From: an uncultured Bacteroidales bacterium
GTDB lineage: Bacteria; Bacteroidota; Bacteroidia; Bacteroidales; JAADJA01
Assembly: GCA_963761195.1 (NCBI GenBank)
Contig: CAVXGA010000014.1
Coordinates: 69,058 to 133,057, forward strand
DNA length: 64,000 nt
Direction: 5' to 3'
Shown: one piece after another, positions 58,057-64,000 of the stretch
Position numbering within the stretch: position 1 is the stretch's first letter
How the letters are laid out: each line of letters starts with the position of its first letter
Notes under the pieces: generated by a model
The model's input: only the letters and a program-made list of their open reading frames with translations
What the model was told of the DNA's origin: nothing
Database searches by the model: none
Made by a program: the position numbers and the translations under genes

Positions 58057-59571
58057 TTAGCCAATCATTTTCAGTATTTCATCAACATACTTTCTGTCAT
58101 TTGATAACCGGGGTACTTTATACTGCCCGCCCAACTTATTATATGTTTTTAGCCAGTTATAAAAAGTCTTATTTGGAATTTCCCTGACAATGGGTTGACG
58201 CAGGACCAAATTTCGGTATCGTTTGGCTTCATAATCCGAATTCAATGATTTCAAAGCATTATCAAGGGTTTCGGCAAAATATTCGATGTTATCGGGTGAT
58301 TTATCAAACTCGATCAGCCACTCATGAGCCGCATTTTTTCCCGTTTCAAAATATATTGGAGCAGCCGTATATTCGCTGATGACAGCCTCACATTTTTTAC
58401 AGGCAATGGCTATGGCTTTTTCCGCATTATCGATGATGACTTCTTCACCTACCGCGTTGATAAAATTTTTCGTCCGTCCTGTTATTCGAATTCTGAATGG
58501 ATTGAGCGATGTAAATTTAACGGTATCACCGATCAGGTATCGCCACAATCCGCCATTGGTCGAAATCACCAAAGCATAATTTTCATTCAGTTTAACCTGC
58601 TCCAGCGTAAGTGTGTTCGGATTTTCTTTATCAAGCTGATCCATCGGAAGAAACTCATAAAAAATACCATAATCCAGCATCAACAGCAACTGATCGGAAT
58701 CCCTTTTGTCCTGCAAACCAAAAAATCCTTCCGAAGCATTGTAGGTTTCCATGTAACGCATTTTTTCCGTCGGTATCAATTCTTTAAACTGAGAAAGGTA
58801 AGGTGTAAAGTTGACACCTCCGTGAAAAAAAACTTCCAGATTCGGCCAAACTTCAAGTAAATTTTTTTTGCCGGTAATTTCAAGGATCCTTCTGATCAAA
58901 AGCAGGGTCCAGGAAGGTACACCAAGTATATTGGTGACATTGTGGTTTATTGTCGAACGGGCCATAATTTCAATTTTGCTTTCCCATTCGTTCATAAGGG
59001 CAACCGATTTTTTAGGAACCCGGATAAATTCTGCCCAGGTTGGAAGGTTCTCCATGATAAGCGCGGATAGATCGCCATCGTAATAAATTTCGTTGTTGAT
59101 TTCCGTTATTCGGTGACTTCCGCCCATGGCAAGGCCTCTCCCATCAAAAATTAAGTTCTCCGGATAGTTGTTGCAATAGATCGAAAGCATATCCTTCCCG
59201 CCCTTATAATGACACTCTTCCAGAGCTTCCTGGCTAACCGGTATGTATTTGCTTTTATCCGAAGTCGTTCCTGATGATTTAGCAAAGAGTTTGATCTCTG
59301 TATTCCACAAAAGATTCTGCTCTCCATTCCGCAACCGGGTTATATAAGGATTTAACGATTCATAATCGGTAAGCGGAACACGGTTTTTGTAGTCACTGAG
59401 CGTATGAATGGATTTGTAGTCGTATTTTTTCCCCCATTCCGTATCCTTCGCATTGGCAATTAGTTTTTTAAACCATTCTTCCTGCACTTCATGCGGGTAT
59501 TTCATAAAAAGCTCAATCTGATGAAAGCGCTTTTTTAATAACCATGAAAATACAGAATTGATGAAAGCCAT
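58057..59571 (-). CDS. GH3-family (auxin-responsive-promoter-like) acyl-adenylate-forming enzyme
   Basis: 504 aa. FAKSSGTTSDKSKYIPV and the overall GH3 pattern common in Bacteroidota. Confidence 0.75.
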   Translation of the reverse strand: MAFINSVFSWLLKKRFHQIELFMKYPHEVQEEWFKKLIANAKDTEWGKKYDYKSIHTLSDYKNRVPLTDYESLNPYITRLRNGEQNLLWNTEIKLFAKSSGTTSDKSKYIPVSQEALEECHYKGGKDMLSIYCNNYPENLIFDGRGLAMGGSHRITEINNEIYYDGDLSALIMENLPTWAEFIRVPKKSVALMNEWESKIEIMARSTINHNVTNILGVPSWTLLLIRRILEITGKKNLLEVWPNLEVFFHGGVNFTPYLSQFKELIPTEKMRYMETYNASEGFFGLQDKRDSDQLLLMLDYGIFYEFLPMDQLDKENPNTLTLEQVKLNENYALVISTNGGLWRYLIGDTVKFTSLNPFRIRITGRTKNFINAVGEEVIIDNAEKAIAIACKKCEAVISEYTAAPIYFETGKNAAHEWLIEFDKSPDNIEYFAETLDNALKSLNSDYEAKRYRNLVLRQPIVREIPNKTFYNWLKTYNKLGGQYKVPRLSNDRKYVDEILKMIG

Positions 59572-59773
59572 TGAATTCGTTTAAATTATTTATTGATGAA
59601 AAGAAGTTCCCAAAAATACAATTAATTTAACGTAAACGGTTCAATTTTCAGTACAGGAAGGGAACCGTAAACAACAACAAACCGATATTTCATGCTTTGG
59701 GCAGAACCAAAAAAATGCAAAAAACTTTAACATCCATAAAAATACGATGGTCAAATAAATTGATTAGAAAAAT

Positions 59774-59962
59774 CGTAACTAATCAGTGTCATGAAAATCA
59801 ATAAACAATCGACTTTTGAAAACCTTTAATACTTCTTTGAGTAACTTTGAGCTACTTAGAGGAACTTTGTAACATAGCTATTTCACAAAGATTCACAAAG
59901 AAGACACTGAGTTTCACAGAGAAATAAAAAAATAATTTTGTGTATTACACTGATTCGTTACG
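59774..59962. repeat. about 190-bp element bounded by 16-bp inverted repeats, enclosing a CTTTG/CACAAAG imperfect palindrome (MITE/REP-like)
   Basis: Outer IR: cgtaactaatcagtgt (59774-59789) against the reverse complement of acactgattcgttacg (59947-59962), matching 15/16. Inner arms: cttctttgagtaactttgag (59832-59851) against cacaaagattcacaaagaag (59884-59903), complementary at 16/20. Confidence 0.5.
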
Positions 59963-59985
59963 AAAAATCAATTAAACCGCCCTGA

Positions 59986-61774
59986 TCAATCCAGTTTTAA
60001 AACGGCGAGGAAAGCCTGCTGGGGTACTTCAACACTCCCAATCTGCCGCATTCGTTTTTTACCTTTCTTTTGTTTTTCAAGCAATTTCCTCTTCCGGGTA
60101 ATATCCCCTCCATAGCATTTGGCTGTTACATCTTTTCGCAGTGCCTTTACTGTTTCACGGGCAATGATTTTCGCTCCGATGGCCGCCTGGATGGCCACGT
60201 CAAACTGCTGGCGGGGAATTAACTCCCTGAGTTTTTCACACATTCGCCGGCCGAAATTATAAGCATTATCGACATGGATCAGTGTGGACAAGGCATCTAC
60301 TGTTTCACCATTCAGCAGTATATCAAGTTTTATAAGTTTTGCCGGCTGATAGCCAATCTGGAAATAATCAAAAGATGCATAGCCTTTGGAAATGCTTTTG
60401 AGTTTATCATAGAAATCAAAAACGATTTCACTCAGCGGCATTTCAAATGTGATCTCAACCCTGTCAGTACCGATATAAACCTGATTTTTCAAGGTACCTC
60501 TTTTATCGATGCATAGTTTCATAATACTTCCAATGTACTCCGATTTTGAAATGATCTGGGCATTGATATAGGGTTCTTCCACATGATCGATGTATTTCTG
60601 ATCCGGCATTCCGGATGGGTTGTGGACTTCAATGATCTCGCCTTTTGGAGTAACGACATTAAATGACACGTTGGGAACGGTTGTAATCACATCCATATTG
60701 AATTCCCGGTCGAGCCGTTCCTGAACAATCTCCATATGAAGCAAGCCGAGAAAACCGCACCGGAATCCAAAACCCAAAGCCGCTGATGATTCCGGTTCAA
60801 ATGTTAAGCGAAGCATCATTAAGCTGCAGTTTTTCAAGAGACGATCGGAGTTCTTCGTATTCGTCTGCGTCAATCGGGTAAATTCCGGCAAAAACCATCG
60901 GTTTGACATTTTTAAAACCTTCGATGGCTTTGTCGCACGGTCTGTTTACATGTGTAACCGTATCACCCACCTTCACCTCTTTTGAGGTTTTGATCCCTGA
61001 AATAATATAGCCTACATCACCTGCACTCAGTTCTCCCCGTGGATCCAGCTTCAGTTTCATTACACCCACCTCATCCGCATTGTATTCTTTGCCGGTTGCA
61101 ACAAATTTTACAAAATCATTTTTTTTGATCGTCCCGTTCATGACCCGGAAATAAGCAATTATTCCCCTGTATGAATTAAATACGGAGTCGAAGATCAGAG
61201 CCTGGAACGGTGCATCCGGGTCACCATTGGGTGCCGGTATTTTATGAATGATTTCGTCCAGGATACGATCGACGCCATAACCGGTTTTTCCGCTGGCCTC
61301 GACAATGTCCTCCCGTTTACAGCCCAGCAGGTCGACGATCTGATCTTTCACTTCTTCAGGCATGGCGGCTTCCAGATCCATTTTATTCAGAACCGGAATA
61401 ACCTCAAGGTCATGATCGAGGGCAAGATACAGATTGGATATTGTTTGTGCCTGTATTCCCTGTGTAGCATCCACAATCAGCAAAGCGCCTTCGCATGCTG
61501 CAATGGAACGGGAAACTTCATATGAAAAATCCACATGCCCGGGTGTATCGATAAGGTTCAGCAGGTAATGCTTGCCTTCATGATCATATTCCATCTGAAT
61601 CGCATGACTTTTAATCGTAATACCCCGCTCCCGTTCAAGGTCCATATCATCCAGCACCTGAGCCATGCGGTCACGCTCCAGAATGGTATCGGTAAAATCG
61701 AGTAACCGGTCGGCAAGCGTACTTTTACCGTGATCAATATGGGCTATAATGCAGAAGTTGCGTATGTTTTTCAA
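59986..61774 (-). pseudogene. lepA: translation elongation factor 4 (LepA), interrupted by a 1-nt insertion near 60803-60808
   Basis: G motifs [17 protein letters not shown] and NKMD. The N-terminal ORF ends ...[10 protein letters not shown]. The next frame continues (L)[31 protein letters not shown]. Removing one A from CTTAACATTT restores ...DASLTFEPE.... Confidence 0.9.
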
Positions 61775-61869
61775 TCAACTAATAATTTCAGATTAATGGC
61801 GCAAAGATAGAAATAAGTTTGTCAATTAAGGCAGGAAGAATGGTGATTGAAGATTTACTGAGCTATAAA

Positions 61870-62283
61870 TTAAAAATGTATTTTATGATAATCGAACGTC
61901 TGGCCATCGGTGAAACTTTTGATCTTTTTGCTTATCCTGATAAATATCTGCAGGTCATGCATGGCGAGCCAGCGTATTGCATCTTTTTTTCCCTGGCTGG
62001 CATCGGCCAAAACGATCAGTAAATGATAATTATTTTTGTCGAGCCATTCGTAGGCTTTTTTATCGTTTACGATAGCCATATCGAGGGCGGAATATTGGGC
62101 AAACCCGTTTTTCATCAGCCACTGAAAGGCTTCATCGCTGCCCCTGATGGCTTTGGATAAGGCTGCAAGTTCCGGGTATCCGTTCTTAAGCAGCCACTTA
62201 AATATCTTTTCATTTCCATCGATCGCTTCACCAAAGGCAAGCAATATTTTTACCGGATATTCTGTCAACTGGCCTTTAATCAA
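61870..62283 (-). CDS. hypothetical protein with four helical repeats of about 26 aa
   Basis: 137 aa. Repeats: EKIFKWLLKNGYPELAALSKAI / EAFQWLMKNGFAQYSALDMAI / KAYEWLDKNNYHLLIVLADAS / DAIRWLAMHDLQIFIRISKKI. Confidence 0.45.
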   Translation of the reverse strand: MIKGQLTEYPVKILLAFGEAIDGNEKIFKWLLKNGYPELAALSKAIRGSDEAFQWLMKNGFAQYSALDMAIVNDKKAYEWLDKNNYHLLIVLADASQGKKDAIRWLAMHDLQIFIRISKKIKSFTDGQTFDYHKIHF

Positions 62284-62353
62284 TTTAAAACACGATTTTT
62301 ACAAGGTTCAAATTAGTATTAACGGAAAATTACCAAACACAGTTCAACCCTGC

Positions 62354-63134
62354 TTAAAAAAATACTCTTGCTTCAATTCCATTTGCCCTCACACGATTTG
62401 CTATTTCATTCAGTTCGGTTTCGGGTATTTTTTCAAGCCCGTCAGCCGGTGTATCCCTGTCAATGGGATAGATCATCACATATTTAGGCTGAATTTCTTT
62501 CAGCAATTTCATCCAGGCCTGCAACTCTGCATCTGTTGTGTTATCGATGTAATGACCATCATAGTTTCCCCTAACGAACAGGGTTTGAATAATCTGGTTC
62601 CCGTCGAATTTCTTTATGTTCTTAATAATATTTTCAAGCTTAATGTTCGACATCGGTTGGTTGATAAGCCTGAACGTATTTTCAATAGCTGAATCCAGCT
62701 TCAGCACATTGTTGTCGACTTTATTCAATGCATCAAAAACTTTTTTCTTATGAAGCAGGGACGCATTCGACAGAACGCTGATTTGTGTATGAGGGAAATA
62801 TCTGTTTCGCAGTTCAATGGTATCATCAATGATTCCTTCAAATTCCGGATGAATGGTGGGTTCGCCATTGCCTGCATACGTTATATTATCAGGTACAACA
62901 CCGTCTGCTTTTAATTCCTTTAGTCGCGATTCCAGTTTCTGAAAAATTTCTTTTCTTTCGGGAAGTGAAATCCGTTCCGACTTGCTTTTTAATGTCCATC
63001 CGCATTCGCAATAAATACAATTAAAAGTGCAATATTTATAGCCGACCGGAAGCAGGTTCAGCCCCAGCGATAGACCCAAACCGGCGGCTTTTTACCGGTC
63101 CAAAAACAACATCATCAAAAAGAAAAGTAGACAT
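62354..63134 (-). pseudogene. radical SAM protein, frameshifted at an A3/T3 run at 63078-63080
   Basis: The start MSTFLFDDVVFGPVKSRR (ATG at 63134) continues in the next frame as LGLSLGLNLLPVGYKYCTFNCIYCECG (CxxxCxxC). Removing one T from cggtttggg joins the two. Confidence 0.7.
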
Positions 63135-63415
63135 CGGCTGTTTTTTTTGCGTTGCAAAGGTATTTAAATGAACGTAGAGGTCGTCAAAATCTGATTTTAC
63201 GATTATGAATATAAGCAACATTTTCCTGAAGAAGTTCTGTATTGAATTTAATCATGACAATCCGGAAGCCTTCATAAAATCATGTTTGTGGCACATTGCA
63301 TGCGTTGAAGAATCATTGCAAAATTTACGTATTGTCACCTTCGGCACGACAAAAAGCCACGATTAATTTTCCTTCATTTTCATAAATTTCCATTATTTTT
63401 GAACCCTTCTTTAAT

Positions 63416-64000
63416 ATGGTTACACTTAGCGAAATAAAGCATCCTGTTCAGCGCAATCTTGATGAGTTTGAGAAGAAATTCAGGGATTCGATGAAGAGCA
63501 ATGTTGCCCTGCTCGACATCATTACGCGATACATCATCAAGCGGAAAGGCAAACAGATGCGCCCGATGTTCGTTTTCCTGAGCGCGCGCGTCAACGGTGA
63601 GATCAATGAATCGACCTATACGGCCGCTTCGCTTATCGAACTGCTGCATACGGCAACACTTGTGCACGATGATGTGGTCGACGATTCGAATATAAGGCGC
63701 GGATTTTTTTCGATCAATGCGCTTTGGAAAAACAAAGTGGCCGTGCTGGTCGGCGACTACCTGCTTTCGAAGGGGTTATTGTTGTCGCTGGATAAGGATG
63801 AGTTCGGGCTGCTGAAAATCGTTTCGGAAGCTACCCGCGAAATGAGCGAAGGCGAGCTGCTCCAGATCGAAAAAGCCCGGAAGCTTGACATCAGCGAGGA
63901 TATTTATTTCGAGATCATCCGCAAAAAAACGGCATCGCTCATCGCTTCCTGTTGTGCCGCCGGTGCCGCTTCGGTAAAGGCTGATACGGACCGGATAAAG
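63416..64000 (+). CDS. polyprenyl (octaprenyl/solanesyl-type) diphosphate synthase, 3'-truncated by the window edge
   Basis: It is absent from the ORF track because no stop falls in the window. My hand translation is MVTLSEIKHPVQRNLDEFEKKFRDSMKSNVALLDIITRYIIKRKGKQMRPMFVFLSARV...ASLIELLHTATLVHDDVVDD, which contains the first DDxxD motif. Confidence 0.85.
   Translation, partial: MVTLSEIKHPVQRNLDEFEKKFRDSMKSNVALLDIITRYIIKRKGKQMRPMFVFLSARVNGEINESTYTAASLIELLHTATLVHDDVVDDSNIRRGFFSINALWKNKVAVLVGDYLLSKGLLLSLDKDEFGLLKIVSEATREMSEGELLQIEKARKLDISEDIYFEIIRKKTASLIASCCAAGAASVKADTDRIK

Noticed and set aside
9770-62692. Many ORFs of 60-180 aa antisense or out of frame within well-supported genes, for example 9770..10195, 12549..13073, 34664..34987, 52660..53007, 58324..58860, 62147..62692 and 63380..63667.
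   Set aside because: Each lies entirely inside a longer gene with clear family motifs on the other strand or frame. Their translations are rich in Arg/Ser/Ile/Phe low-complexity typical of shadow ORFs.
6958-63134. Programmed ribosomal frameshifting or transcriptional slippage as the explanation for the split genes.
   Set aside because: The sites share no slippery heptamer or stimulatory structure. They occur in unrelated genes whose orthologues are single ORFs, and the pieces rejoin at conserved motifs. Random indels from sequencing error or decay fit better.
63205-63366. 53-aa plus-strand ORF (MNISNIFLKKFCIEFNHDNPEAFIKSCLWHIACVEE...) in the radical SAM-to-polyprenyl synthase gap.
   Set aside because: It has no recognisable motif, no promoter box and no SD, and it sits in divergent-promoter space. 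It cannot be supported without homology or expression data.
1-64000. Prophage, integrative element, defence island or biosynthetic gene cluster.
   Set aside because: I found no integrase, transposase, phage structural, restriction-modification, cas, Abi or other defence-type genes. I also found no PKS/NRPS/RiPP hallmark genes. Apart from hicBA, the content is housekeeping or envelope-related.

Overview
The window looks like chromosomal DNA from a member of the Bacteroidota, probably an anaerobe. Evidence for the phylum: type A and type B T9SS C-terminal sorting domains, many TAnnTTTG -7 promoter boxes just upstream of starts, and DUF3078, PCMD, GH3-family and HU-CCDC81/SPOR proteins. Evidence for anaerobiosis: KorAB 2-oxoglutarate:ferredoxin oxidoreductase, several radical SAM enzymes and a methylmalonyl-CoA-type carboxyltransferase. 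Most of the 64 kb is densely packed housekeeping: queD, korAB, xth, mutS2, trx, panCD, radA, tilS, gap, relA/spoT, fur, purA, trmB, kdsB, lepA and a partial polyprenyl synthase. I found no rRNA, tRNA, CRISPR array, transposase or integrase. The only accessory-looking stretch is about 8.4-11.3 kb. It holds an HTH gene flanked by TTGG-box repeat arrays, a T9SS cargo protein, a hicBA-like toxin-antitoxin pair and a palindromic element. Four observations stand out. (1) An intact GAPDH-fold paralogue that lacks the catalytic Cys is translationally coupled to a canonical gap. (2) At least 11 single-nucleotide frameshifts break 8 otherwise conserved genes, including lepA; assembly error is more likely than biology, and this should be resolved first. 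(3) Two tandem ClC paralogues of 591 aa each have non-canonical first selectivity-filter motifs. (4) Tandem PCMD-like secreted paralogues carry different C-terminal modules. No function here was checked against a database; all calls rest on motifs I recognise by eye.
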